A DNA stretch of 64,000 bases, from the NCBI GenBank assembly GCA_018396655.1, contig JAGTQF010000001.1, positions 63,844 to 127,843 of the forward strand. Reading direction: 5' to 3'. The position numbers were made by a program, and so were the translations under genes. Origin of the DNA: Candidatus Bathyarchaeota archaeon. Its GTDB lineage: Archaea > Thermoproteota > Bathyarchaeia > Bathyarchaeales > DTEX01. Positions 55,262-64,000 of this stretch are shown here, one piece after another; position 1 is the first letter of the stretch, and the number at the start of each line of letters is the position of its first letter. Under the pieces are notes generated by a model, which saw nothing but the letters and a program-made list of their open reading frames with translations, ran no database searches and was not told the origin of the DNA.

Positions 55262-55616
55262 TGCCCATCCTCCCCCTCAAGATTTTCTCAAGAAGCCTTA
55301 CAAATGCCTGACTAGCCTTGGCTTCATTTACTGTTTTAACGAAGACTGATACGAGAACCATCTTATTTGTGGCCGCCGCAAATCTCTCCGCTATAAGCCT
55401 AGCGGTTATAGTGCTTCTTTCGCCCAAAAGCGTTGAGGATATGGGGAGCCTAGATATTTCTGGCCTTGTGGGTATAGAAACCGCTAGGGTTCCGAGGTTC
55501 TCGTCTCCCTCGCTTAAGAGTATTATATAGGAGTTCTTTAGCTCTATCACCGTAGCCGATAACGTAATGCCATCCTCAGTTATCTCTTCATGGAAAACTT
55601 TAGCCCTATACGCCAA
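55251..55616 (-). CDS. PAC4/Pba4-fold (LpdD-like) small protein
   Basis: LGTLAVSIP...PISSTLLG...IAERFAAATNKMVLVS resembles recalled PAC4 motifs; overlaps the ubiD 5' end. Confidence 0.6.
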   Translation of the reverse strand: MAYRAKVFHEEITEDGITLSATVIELKNSYIILLSEGDENLGTLAVSIPTRPEISRLPISSTLLGERSTITARLIAERFAAATNKMVLVSVFVKTVNEAKASQAFVRLLEKILRGRMGNEP

Positions 55617-55640
55617 AAATTAACAACCCCAAACCTTAAT

Positions 55641-56441
55641 TTATATTCCGGATAACAATTTCCTTAGTTCTTCACCATTCTTTTTCCACCAATTGAAAAG
55701 TATCCTTAGGTCTACGCCTATATTGAAGTTTCGAACCCCCATCTCAATATACCTCTTAGCCTCCTCGGGGCTTCCAATCTCAGCTCTTGGTGCAACATCC
55801 ATTTTTAGGGCCGTCTTAATAGTCTTCTCCTCAGCCTCTCTAACCTTAGGGTGGTTTATCTCGCCTGGAACACCTATACTTATGGAGTAGTCGACCGGGC
55901 CGAACTGCACCATATCAATACCCTCAACTGATAAAATCTCTTCGAGGTTTTCAACGGCGGATTTTCTCTCAATCATCAATGCAACCACAGCGTCCTCACA
56001 AATCTTTACAATATCTGCTGGTGATGCTATGGCACCTATATACCCAACCCTCCTATCCATTCTATAGCCGTTAACACCCTTAGGCTCAACCCTAACTGCT
56101 CTAACAGCCTCCTCAGCATCCCTAACATCCATTATATCAGCGAAGAGAATATTCTGTATGCCAGCTGCCAGAGCTCTCTCGGCCAAATAAACCCTAGGTT
56201 GCTGGTCAATTTTTATCATCGTTGAGAGCCCGGTCAACTCAGCAGCCCTAGCAATATTATCCAAATCATGGAGGCTGTAGGGTCCATACTCGCTTAGAAA
56301 CTCAACATAATCATAAATCCCAGTATAGCCTATAACCTCAACCAGCCCAGGCCACGGGCAGATTATTCTTGTCCCTAGCGTTGGCTCACCCCTCCTTAAG
56401 AGCTCCCTAAGCCTATTAACCCTCAGACGAATCCCTCCCAC
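55641..56441 (-). CDS. HpcH/HpaI aldolase family protein
   Basis: NRLRELL..G, DYVEF.SEYG, MIE...AVENLEEILSV.GID...FGPVDYS. Confidence 0.9.
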   Translation of the reverse strand: MGGIRLRVNRLRELLRRGEPTLGTRIICPWPGLVEVIGYTGIYDYVEFLSEYGPYSLHDLDNIARAAELTGLSTMIKIDQQPRVYLAERALAAGIQNILFADIMDVRDAEEAVRAVRVEPKGVNGYRMDRRVGYIGAIASPADIVKICEDAVVALMIERKSAVENLEEILSVEGIDMVQFGPVDYSISIGVPGEINHPKVREAEEKTIKTALKMDVAPRAEIGSPEEAKRYIEMGVRNFNIGVDLRILFNWWKKNGEELRKLLSGI

Positions 56442-56528
56442 AATCCTTATACAGTTTCTCCAGAAGACCTATAAAGTTTAATGCTGAAGAAAAAAGAATA
56501 TAATGTGCGATTTTAGAGTGAAGAGAGC

Positions 56529-56942
56529 ATGACCAGAAAGGCATTCATATCCGGACCAATTCAGGGCATGGAAGAAAAGCAGGGCTACAGGAATAGAATT
56601 AGCAGTATTCTAAGGAAATATGGCTACGAGCCAATAGACCCTTGGAAACGCGAGAAGATTCTTTATCGCGGTCCACCGGAGGATTGGTGGAGCCACGTTC
56701 CATCAGAAGATTTCATTAGAAGAGACTTAGAGGATATTGAGCGATGTGATATTCTAATCGCATATCTGCCTAAGCTCTCAGCTGGAACATGTATGGAGCT
56801 ATTTTATGCGAAACTTAAGGGAAAGAAAACCGTAACTATTTGTGGGCTTAAAAATCCAAGCCCATGGATTGTAAAGCACTCAGACATAATCGTTAGAAAT
56901 ATTAGGGAGTTTGAGGCGCTCCTGAAGGAGGGGCACATTTAA
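56529..56942 (+). CDS. Nucleoside 2-deoxyribosyltransferase / RCL-like N-glycosidase
   Basis: FISGP, RDLEDIERCD, SAGTCMEL. Confidence 0.85.
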   Translation: MTRKAFISGPIQGMEEKQGYRNRISSILRKYGYEPIDPWKREKILYRGPPEDWWSHVPSEDFIRRDLEDIERCDILIAYLPKLSAGTCMELFYAKLKGKKTVTICGLKNPSPWIVKHSDIIVRNIREFEALLKEGHI

Positions 56943-56950
56943 TCACCCTT

Positions 56951-57220
56951 TTAGGTTTTCACTTCACTAGCAGCCACTTTCTCTAGGAAATCTGATATGG
57001 ACGAGGCCTTCACGAGGCTTTTAACAACAATCATCTTGCCCCTCAAAAGGTCGAAGAGTCTCTTCACCTCCCTCTCCTCCAACTTCGCCACATTTATGAA
57101 TATCATAGAGGAGAAATACTGCGCAAATAGATATGGATCTCTGCGTATAACAAATGGGCTTTGCTCAGCAACAAGCCTAAATGTTCCAACATCATCAACC
57201 TCAATAAACTCCTGAACCAT
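56951..57220 (-). CDS. Small hypothetical protein
   Basis: Fills the gap between genes; GAGGTGA SD before the ATG at 57220. Confidence 0.7.
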   Translation of the reverse strand: MVQEFIEVDDVGTFRLVAEQSPFVIRRDPYLFAQYFSSMIFINVAKLEEREVKRLFDLLRGKMIVVKSLVKASSISDFLEKVAASEVKT

Positions 57221-57320
57221 TAGGTCAATCACCTCAAATTAATCTATAAAGCCCGAAACAGATAATATCTTTTTAGTCCAGTTAGTCCAGCTAAAACCCA
57301 CAAAGCAGGTTTTACTCTAA

Positions 57321-58577
57321 TTATTTCTGCTCTTTAATTTCCCTCAAATGCTCCTCAAGAATAGCCCTAAGCATCTCATGCTCACTCGATTGCTTCACTA
57401 TGCCGCCCTCCTTAATAATTCTCTTAATCTCATTCGGGTTAGCATACGGCAAACCGTCAATCCATCTAATGCTCACCTTGTCAGCTGGGATAACTGGCAC
57501 GTGGTATCTCTCAAAAACCTCAAGGGCTTCGTGTGCCATCAAGCCTCTTAGAATTATTGCTCTAACACCCCTCTTAGCAAGCCTCTCAGCCGTTGTCCTT
57601 CCGCCACCGCTTGGGTCTAGAATGAAAACTATATCGCCCACTTTAATGCCATACAATCTGAATGCCTTATCCAAACCCTCTCGGGTGAAAGCCTCTATAG
57701 GTTTAAGGAGCGTTAATCCCTCCCTAGACTCTAAATCACCTATTTGCTGGAGCTGATTAATCGTCCGCTTATAAATCTCAATTTGCGCTTCAAGCTCGGA
57801 AATTCTATTTCTAAGAGAGTTTATCTCCTCAACTAGGCGTTGATATTCCCTCTCACGCCTTATTTGGGCTATCTGCTCGCTGCGGCTCTTCTCAAGGGCT
57901 TCCCTCAAACCTTTGATTTCAACCTCTAAATCCCTTATCTTCAGCTGTAGTTCCCTGTTTACAGCCCTTAACCGCATGACTTTCTCTCTCTCAAGCATAA
58001 GCTTATTGGTTAATTCCTCAATAATCTCCCTCATCCGCTCCTCACGGTTTGATGCGCTTAAAATGACTGCTGGCTCTCCGGGAACTCTCAGCTCCTTAAG
58101 GGTCTTTATAGCCCTCGTTATACTATAGCCTCGAATAACCAAGTCTTTAACATCATCGGGGAATAAGTCTTCGTTAGCCCTCTTGAGCCTCTCATCAACC
58201 TGCTCAAGCTTATTCTTATAATGCTGGTAAGCTTTTATTGCAGCCGCCAAGGCATCAATCTCATGTGCATTCTCAACCTTAATTCCATAGCGCTCCACAT
58301 ATGCCTGAGCCAATTTATGCTTCTCCTCAGAGCCCATAGAAATTATAGGCTCGAAGAGCACGGCATTAAGCTTCTTCGAGAGCCTCCTGAGGAGTTCAGG
58401 GGCCGGCGAGACATCGCTCGAAATTATCGTGGGTTTTCCAACACTAATAATCCGCTCCAGAATCTTGGCGAGAGACCAACCTCTATGGCTCTCAACGAGA
58501 ATAGGTTTACCATCAAGCGTTAAAATGGCTAGACCGCAATTAAGCCCTGGGTCGACGCCAACAATTAGTCTCTTCGT
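57321..58577 (-). CDS. DUF460 domain protein (RNase H-fold N-terminus plus coiled coil); predicted ACG start
   Basis: Frame open 72 codons upstream of the called GTG, giving KRLIVGVDPG...GLAILTLDG...SSDV.P.P; then HEIDALAAA and a coiled coil. Confidence 0.85.
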   Translation of the reverse strand, partial: TKRLIVGVDPGLNCGLAILTLDGKPILVESHRGWSLAKILERIISVGKPTIISSDVSPAPELLRRLSKKLNAVLFEPIISMGSEEKHKLAQAYVERYGIKVENAHEIDALAAAIKAYQHYKNKLEQVDERLKRANEDLFPDDVKDLVIRGYSITRAIKTLKELRVPGEPAVILSASNREERMREIIEELTNKLMLEREKVMRLRAVNRELQLKIRDLEVEIKGLREALEKSRSEQIAQIRREREYQRLVEEINSLRNRISELEAQIEIYKRTINQLQQIGDLESREGLTLLKPIEAFTREGLDKAFRLYGIKVGDIVFILDPSGGGRTTAERLAKRGVRAIILRGLMAHEALEVFERYHVPVIPADKVSIRWIDGLPYANPNEIKRIIKEGGIVKQSSEHEMLRAILEEHLREIKEQK

Positions 58578-58750
58578 TCCGCAACCCCCTACACTTAAAA
58601 ATTGAGCAAGACGATATACTTAAATTAATCCTCGGATATCCACAAGAAGCCGCTCAACATAATCAACCAAAGAATTTCATCTCACCTCCATAAAATATAC
58701 TAAAGTATACTGCGTGAATGATAAAAGAAAGATAGTTTAATATAAACATG

Positions 58751-58772
58751 TTATAATAAATTTATAATAAAT
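58751..58772. promoter_or_regulatory. Perfect tandem 11-bp repeat (TTATAATAAAT)x2 in the divergent promoter region
   Basis: Direct reading; lies upstream of the HTH regulator. Confidence 0.45.
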
Positions 58773-58800
58773 CTAACTAAGTGTTAATGGGGTGGGTTAA

Positions 58801-59136
58801 ACGTACCCGCCATGCGAAGCGATAGGCCGATATCTACTGCCAATATTCAGGTCTTACATAGCTAAGGAGCTTGTTGAGAGATACAAGTTCACGCAGGTGG
58901 AGGCTGCCGAAAAACTTGGAACAACTCAGGCTGCCATAAGTCAATATTTGCGTTTAAAGCGTGGGCATAAGAGTCTAGAACAATTTGCCGATTTTCTTCC
59001 AATAATACAGTCAGCTGCTGGCGATGTTGCGCGGAAGATAGCATTCGGAGAGGTTAGCTCAGAGAAGATGGCGCTGAAATTTTGCGAGCTATGTTTGCTG
59101 ATACAAAAGAGAAAGCTCTCGGCGGGTGGAATTTAA
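58801..59136 (+). CDS. XRE-type HTH transcriptional regulator (COG2522-like); predicted ACG start
   Basis: Frame open from 58801: (M)YPPCEAIGRYLLPIFRSYIAKELVE...TQVEAAEKLGTTQAAISQYL..KRG...C..C; in-frame TAA immediately before the ACG. Confidence 0.85.
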   Translation, partial: TYPPCEAIGRYLLPIFRSYIAKELVERYKFTQVEAAEKLGTTQAAISQYLRLKRGHKSLEQFADFLPIIQSAAGDVARKIAFGEVSSEKMALKFCELCLLIQKRKLSAGGI

Positions 59137-59248
59137 TATTTTACGTTTTTCGTAATTATTTATCGATTTAAGTAAAACTTATATATGACTCCCGATACTA
59201 TATGGGGGCTAGTGAAGTATAAAACAATAAGGGCTCAGAGGAGATTAG

Positions 59249-61192
59249 ATGGTTCAAAGGATGGAAGCTAAAGAGGAGAAGGAAAGAATGCATAGAATCT
59301 GGAGGACAAATAGATATCTGGAGACATTAAAGAGTAGGATGGATAAAGAGAACTTTGAGAAACTATGCGCCATCCCCAATCCCGAGGTTCACCGCTTCAT
59401 CGCCGAAGCAGCCGAACTCTGCAACCCAAAAAATATATTCATATGCAGCGACACCCCCGATGAGATAGCATATATCAAACATATGGCCATTGCCAGCGGC
59501 GAGGAATGCGCCGCACTAGCAATGCCAGGACACACCTACCACTTCGACGGATACTATGATCAGGGTAGGGATCGTGAGGCAACTAAATTCCTTGTTCCTA
59601 AGGGTGATCGCTTAAGCCCGGCGTTAAAGCAGATTGATAGGGACGAGGGGCTAAAGGAGATTTTTGATCTGCTTAGGGGTTCAATGAGTGGGCGCACGAT
59701 GATTGTGAGATTTTTGATTTTGGGCCCGGCCAACTCTGTGTTTACGATTCCGTGTATGGAGTGCACTGATTCTTGGTATGTGGCTCACTCGGTCAGCCTA
59801 CTCTATAGGTGTGGCTATGAGACCTTTCTTAATATGAACGATGATACGGAGTTCTTTAAGACGCTACATTCCTCCGGGAAGCTGGATGAGAGGATGATAA
59901 GCGTAGATTACGAGAAGAAGCGCATATACATTGACTATGTAACGAACACCGTTTACAGTGTTAATACGCAATACGCTGGGAACTCTGTGGGCTTTAAGAA
60001 GCTTGCGCTCCGACTGGCAATACGTAAAGCCCATCGGGAGGGATGGCTTGCAGAGCACTTCATGATAATGGGGGTTCATGGTCCGGGAGGAAGAAAAACA
60101 TATGTTGCCGGAGCCTTCCCAAGTGCATGTGGAAAAACCTCGACGGCTATGCTTCCCGGCGAAACCATACTCGCCGATGACATAGCGTATGTTCGCAATA
60201 TTGATGGGGTTTGCCGCGCGGTTAATGCTGAAGCGGGCGTCTTTGGCATTCTTAAGGATATTAATCCCGTAAACGACCCGCTACTTTATAGTGTTCTAAC
60301 GAGTCCAGGTGAGATAGTGTTCTCTAATGTTCTAGTTAAGGATGCTAAGCCATGGTGGCTTGGTATGGGATGTGACCTTCCAAGCGAGGGAATAAACTTC
60401 TCTGGAAAATGGTTTAAAGGTAAGATAGGGCCGGATGGTAAGGAGATACCGCCGGCAAGCGAGAATGCCCGTTACATGATATCTATAAAGGCTCTGCCAA
60501 ACTGCGACCCGGAGGTGGATAATCCTCTGGGTGTGGAGTTGGGCGCGATAATATATGGGGGCCGAGATTATAGGGCTTATGTGCCTATACAGCAAGCCTT
60601 TAGTTGGGAGCATGGCGTAGTTGCCTATGGAGCGGCATTAGAAACCGAGACCACATTCGCCATAACTGAGGAGAAGGGCAAATATGAGATAAATGTTATG
60701 AGCATCCAGGACTTCGTTTCAATACCGCTTGGACAATATATAGGAAACTATATTGAGTTTGGTAGGCGGCTCAAGAAGCAGCCCTTAATCTTTGGAGCAA
60801 ACTACTTCCTACGTGACTTAAAGACTGGGGAGTTTCTTAATAGCCGTCGTGATAAGCATGTTTGGGTAAAGTGGATAGACCTCCGGGTCCATAATGATGT
60901 GGGTGCAATAAGAACCCCAACCGGTCTTATACCAAAATACGAAGACTTGGCCAGATTATTTGAGCGGGTCCTCGATAGGGAATATAAATGGGAAGATTAC
61001 GTAAGACAGTTCACTATACGTGTTCCAGAGAATCTCCGTAAGATTGAGCGTGTCAAAGAGTTCTGGACAACAAAAGTTGATGATGCACCGGAGTTTCTTT
61101 TCCAAATATTAGATGAGCAGGCTGAGCGGTTAATTAAGGCTAGGGAGCGATTCGGCGACTACATACCACCAGACAAATTCGAGGAAGAATAA
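59249..61192 (+). CDS. pckG: Phosphoenolpyruvate carboxykinase (GTP)
   Basis: YAGNS.G.KK..LR, GWLAEH, AFPSACGKT, DDIA, N.E.GVFG, YGGR. Confidence 0.95.
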   Translation: MVQRMEAKEEKERMHRIWRTNRYLETLKSRMDKENFEKLCAIPNPEVHRFIAEAAELCNPKNIFICSDTPDEIAYIKHMAIASGEECAALAMPGHTYHFDGYYDQGRDREATKFLVPKGDRLSPALKQIDRDEGLKEIFDLLRGSMSGRTMIVRFLILGPANSVFTIPCMECTDSWYVAHSVSLLYRCGYETFLNMNDDTEFFKTLHSSGKLDERMISVDYEKKRIYIDYVTNTVYSVNTQYAGNSVGFKKLALRLAIRKAHREGWLAEHFMIMGVHGPGGRKTYVAGAFPSACGKTSTAMLPGETILADDIAYVRNIDGVCRAVNAEAGVFGILKDINPVNDPLLYSVLTSPGEIVFSNVLVKDAKPWWLGMGCDLPSEGINFSGKWFKGKIGPDGKEIPPASENARYMISIKALPNCDPEVDNPLGVELGAIIYGGRDYRAYVPIQQAFSWEHGVVAYGAALETETTFAITEEKGKYEINVMSIQDFVSIPLGQYIGNYIEFGRRLKKQPLIFGANYFLRDLKTGEFLNSRRDKHVWVKWIDLRVHNDVGAIRTPTGLIPKYEDLARLFERVLDREYKWEDYVRQFTIRVPENLRKIERVKEFWTTKVDDAPEFLFQILDEQAERLIKARERFGDYIPPDKFEEE

Positions 61193-61262
61193 AGATAACG
61201 GCCAATCATTAAAGGTAAACTTTTAATTATCCTAAAACTCAGTCTTTAATGGGGATTCAGAG

Positions 61263-61529
61263 TTGAGCAAACTGATTTTCACATTAATACTTAATGAGGT
61301 TTTAAGCAGAAACAGAATAAAGTTCAGTCTGAGCGAGAAGGAGAAAGACCAGCTTTACATGGAGATACTAAACCATTTTGGGTTGGCTGGCGGATTGAAT
61401 GTTTGTGAGGCTCTTGAGAGAGCATGGCAAGACCCATACAATAAGGGTGAGATTGAGGATTTTATAATCGCGTGGCTTAGGAGAAGAATGAAGAGAGTGG
61501 CAAGTGAAAGCCAAACTGGAATAATCTAA
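61263..61529 (+). CDS. Small hypothetical protein
   Basis: Fills the gap; TTG start behind GGGGA, TATA-like element upstream. Confidence 0.7.
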   Translation: MSKLIFTLILNEVLSRNRIKFSLSEKEKDQLYMEILNHFGLAGGLNVCEALERAWQDPYNKGEIEDFIIAWLRRRMKRVASESQTGII

Positions 61530-61611
61530 ACGCCTCACATACGAGCGGCCATGCTCTAATCTCTAGACTAAAATAATCCATTTTCTAAATTGTATATTAG
61601 GGTGAAAGGAT

Positions 61612-62346
61612 TTGAGGGCTAAAATTGGATGGCTCCTTAGAAGGCTCTTAGCTTTTCTACTCGCCTTAATGAACATCATTCCACAGGTGACTGTTATTAT
61701 CAATCCCCTTCTCTTCATAATGTTTCTTCCAGTTGGATTATATGCCATTTTATCCTGGCATTGGATAGCGCTTAAAGATATACCGGACCCATTCCATCCA
61801 GGCGAGAGCCTATATTGGCTAACATATGCCATAAAAGTTGATAAAGAAAACCCCCTCTTTCCATCTCTATTTAGGTGGGGGATTATAGATTCACTACTCT
61901 TAATCACAGGCTCAGCGATTTTTCTGGCAGCCTTCATCTCTTGGCTGATAAATTTGAGGAGAGATAGAGAACTGCTTACTTGTGGAATTTATGGTTTCGT
62001 TAGACATCCACAATATTTGGGGATAATATTATTGTCCCTTGGGGTGACCATAAGGTCTCTCAGACCCATCTCATTTATCGCATGGATAACATTACTGTTT
62101 GGATATCTGGTCTTGGCAAGTCTGGAGGAAAGAAATCTGATTAGGGTTTATGGGCAGAGGTATGAAGAGTATGCTAGGAGAGTCCCATTTATAATACCCT
62201 ACTTAAAATTTAATGTTCCAGGGTGTCTCTCTCCAGGAAAACCCTACAGATACATTATTTTTGGTTTTGCATGGATAATTCTAATTATAGCCATTATGGT
62301 TGGAATGAGGGACATGGTTTTCGCATTAAGAGGCATAACATACTAG
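61612..62346 (+). CDS. Isoprenylcysteine carboxyl / phospholipid methyltransferase family membrane protein
   Basis: L.T.GIY..VRHPQY.G and EE..L...YG..Y..Y...VP. Confidence 0.85.
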   Translation: MRAKIGWLLRRLLAFLLALMNIIPQVTVIINPLLFIMFLPVGLYAILSWHWIALKDIPDPFHPGESLYWLTYAIKVDKENPLFPSLFRWGIIDSLLLITGSAIFLAAFISWLINLRRDRELLTCGIYGFVRHPQYLGIILLSLGVTIRSLRPISFIAWITLLFGYLVLASLEERNLIRVYGQRYEEYARRVPFIIPYLKFNVPGCLSPGKPYRYIIFGFAWIILIIAIMVGMRDMVFALRGITY

Positions 62347-62369
62347 ATTGGAAGGCTGGAGGCCCCCGG

Positions 62370-63410
62370 TTATATTTCGTCAATTTTTATTTCTCTCTCA
62401 AGCTTAGCCGACTTATAGGCCATATCGATTATCTGCATGACTTTTAAGCCGTCCTCTCCGGGAGTTTTTGGCTGTTTGTCCTCTAAGCATGCGTTTACAA
62501 AATCCTCAACTAGGAGGTTTTGTATTGGACCTGCTGGTATGTCCAGATATGATGTAGCCATACATCTGCCATCTTCCTCACCGAAGTATGTGAATGGATT
62601 TAGCCTTAAACCCCCATCAGAACCGAATACTATTGCTTCTTGATAGGAGTTTATATTTGCAGCCCAGGCCGTCTCGAAGGAGATTGCTAAGCCCCCTTTA
62701 AATCTAACGAAGACCGAGGAATACTCCTCAACATCATATTTTGTTTCCAGCTTAAGTGGGCGGCCTACTCCCCTAAACATCATCGCGGTTGCGGAGATAG
62801 GTTGTATGTCGCCTAGAAGGTATAGCGCGAGGTCAATGTCATAGCAGCCTATATCGATTAATGCGCCGCCGCCAGCCTTGGATGAGTCAAGAAACCATTT
62901 AGACTCCTTCAGTATATCTATGCCAGGCCGCCCCCTCCAGCGGATGCTTGTGAACCTGGCATAATATATCCTGCCGAGCTTCCCCTCAGAAATATATCGC
63001 TTAGCCATCTCAGCCTGGGGCGTCAACCTTGACCTTGCGCTGCAAATTCCAAGTTTTACACCAGCCTTCCTGCATGCGCTAACCATTTCAGCGGCTTCTT
63101 TAGTGTTCATTGCCATGGGCTTCTCACATAAAACGTGTTTACCAGCAGATGCGGCGTTGCATGTTATCTCGGCGTGATTGAAAGGTGGTGTTGCGACGAT
63201 TACGGCATCTAAATCTTTTAGGGCTAGGAGGTCATGGTAGTCCCTGAAGCACTTTTTAATCTTGAATTGTTTGGCAGCAGTCTTCAGAGTCTCCTCATTT
63301 ATGTCCGCTATTGCTATGGCTTTTGCGTTCTTCTGGACCGTGAGGGCTTGTAGATGGGATTTACCTATAACCCCAACTCCAATAACACCAACATTTAATA
63401 TTCTGCCCAT
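62370..63410 (-). CDS. Gfo/Idh/MocA family oxidoreductase
   Basis: GVIGVG.IG, ATPP..H, HVLCEKP, GGGALIDIGC. Confidence 0.95.
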   Translation of the reverse strand: MGRILNVGVIGVGVIGKSHLQALTVQKNAKAIAIADINEETLKTAAKQFKIKKCFRDYHDLLALKDLDAVIVATPPFNHAEITCNAASAGKHVLCEKPMAMNTKEAAEMVSACRKAGVKLGICSARSRLTPQAEMAKRYISEGKLGRIYYARFTSIRWRGRPGIDILKESKWFLDSSKAGGGALIDIGCYDIDLALYLLGDIQPISATAMMFRGVGRPLKLETKYDVEEYSSVFVRFKGGLAISFETAWAANINSYQEAIVFGSDGGLRLNPFTYFGEEDGRCMATSYLDIPAGPIQNLLVEDFVNACLEDKQPKTPGEDGLKVMQIIDMAYKSAKLEREIKIDEI

Positions 63411-63493
63411 TTTAATCGCCGATTTCCTTTTTCGTCAAAAATAATATTTAATTCTTTGGGAACATTTACATGGGGAATGGATGGTGAACTCAT

Positions 63494-64000
63494 TTGGCGA
63501 AAATTAGAATTGCTCTACAGCTCTGGTCTGTTCGTGAGGATTGTGCTCGCAATCTGGAAAAAACTCTCGAGGCAGTGGTAGACATGGGTTATGAGGGAGT
63601 TGAATTCGCTGGGTATTATGGTCGAATGGCAAGCGAGCTGAGGAGGCTTCTCGATGATTTGGGGCTTGAGGTTGCTGGAACGCATATAGGCATAGAGACG
63701 CTAATGGGCGATAAGTTAAAGGAAACTATAGAGTTTAACCGCATACTGGAAAATAAGTTTCTTATAGTGCCGGGGCTTCCTCAGGAGATGAGGAGCTCTA
63801 AGGAGGCTTGGCTTAAAACTGCTAGGCTGTTTAATGAGATTGCCGATAGATTAAAGTCTGAAGGAATATATGTTGGCTACCACAATCATGTAATCGAATT
63901 TCAGCCCATAAATGGCGAGATACCATGGTTCATATTCTTTGACGCCACCAGGCCGGATGTCATTATGCAGCTGGATACTGGACATGCTATGCGTAGTGGA
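63494..64000 (+). CDS. Sugar phosphate isomerase/epimerase (xylose-isomerase-like TIM barrel), partial
   Basis: Read by hand from TTG at 63494: MAKIRIALQLWSVREDC...GYEGVEFAG...GYHNH..EF...QLDTGH; runs off the window end. Confidence 0.88.
   Translation, partial: MAKIRIALQLWSVREDCARNLEKTLEAVVDMGYEGVEFAGYYGRMASELRRLLDDLGLEVAGTHIGIETLMGDKLKETIEFNRILENKFLIVPGLPQEMRSSKEAWLKTARLFNEIADRLKSEGIYVGYHNHVIEFQPINGEIPWFIFFDATRPDVIMQLDTGHAMRSG

Noticed and set aside
56424..56441. Possible CTG start (56426) for the HpcH aldolase behind GGAGGG
   Set aside because: An in-frame GTG at 56441 lies close to the likely TSS, so a non-canonical start is not required
58221..58523. 100-aa plus-strand ORF
   Set aside because: It is antisense to the extended DUF460 coding frame and has no recognisable motifs
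1..64000. CRISPR array, rRNA, intact IS/transposase, inteins in PolB or Lhr
   Set aside because: No regularly spaced repeats, rRNA-length gaps or transposase motifs were seen, and the protein lengths are normal

Overview
Gene-dense archaeal chromosomal window, most likely from a thermophilic member of the Bathyarchaeia/TACK. This assignment is an inference from gene content: archaeal r-proteins, aIF2 alpha/gamma, Nop10, PolB3, DnaG, BpsA, AcnX/UbiD mevalonate genes, and many URO-D/corrinoid and sugar enzymes. It holds about 60 CDS and two tRNAs: tRNA-Val(GAC) with two BHB introns, and intron-less tRNA-Gly(GCC). I saw no rRNA, CRISPR array or intact transposase. A catabolic block (about 9.5-22.3 kb) lies between the two tRNAs and begins with a possible decayed integrase. 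Main observations: (1) a three-gene locus with a tandem Cdc48-type AAA-AAA ATPase fused to an intact Lon Ser-Lys protease domain, behind two duplicated membrane/exported proteins; (2) three conserved genes whose family N-termini are reachable only from a non-canonical start, each with an ACG placed behind a Shine-Dalgarno-like motif; (3) two intergenic palindromic sites 16.8 kb apart with mutually inverted 6-bp spacers; (4) a PolB with apparently inactivated proofreading motifs; (5) a PAC4/LpdD-like gene overlapping ubiD; (6) a corrinoid methyltransferase cluster with an atypical 733-aa transaldolase-family protein. All family calls are from motif recognition by eye; no searches were run.
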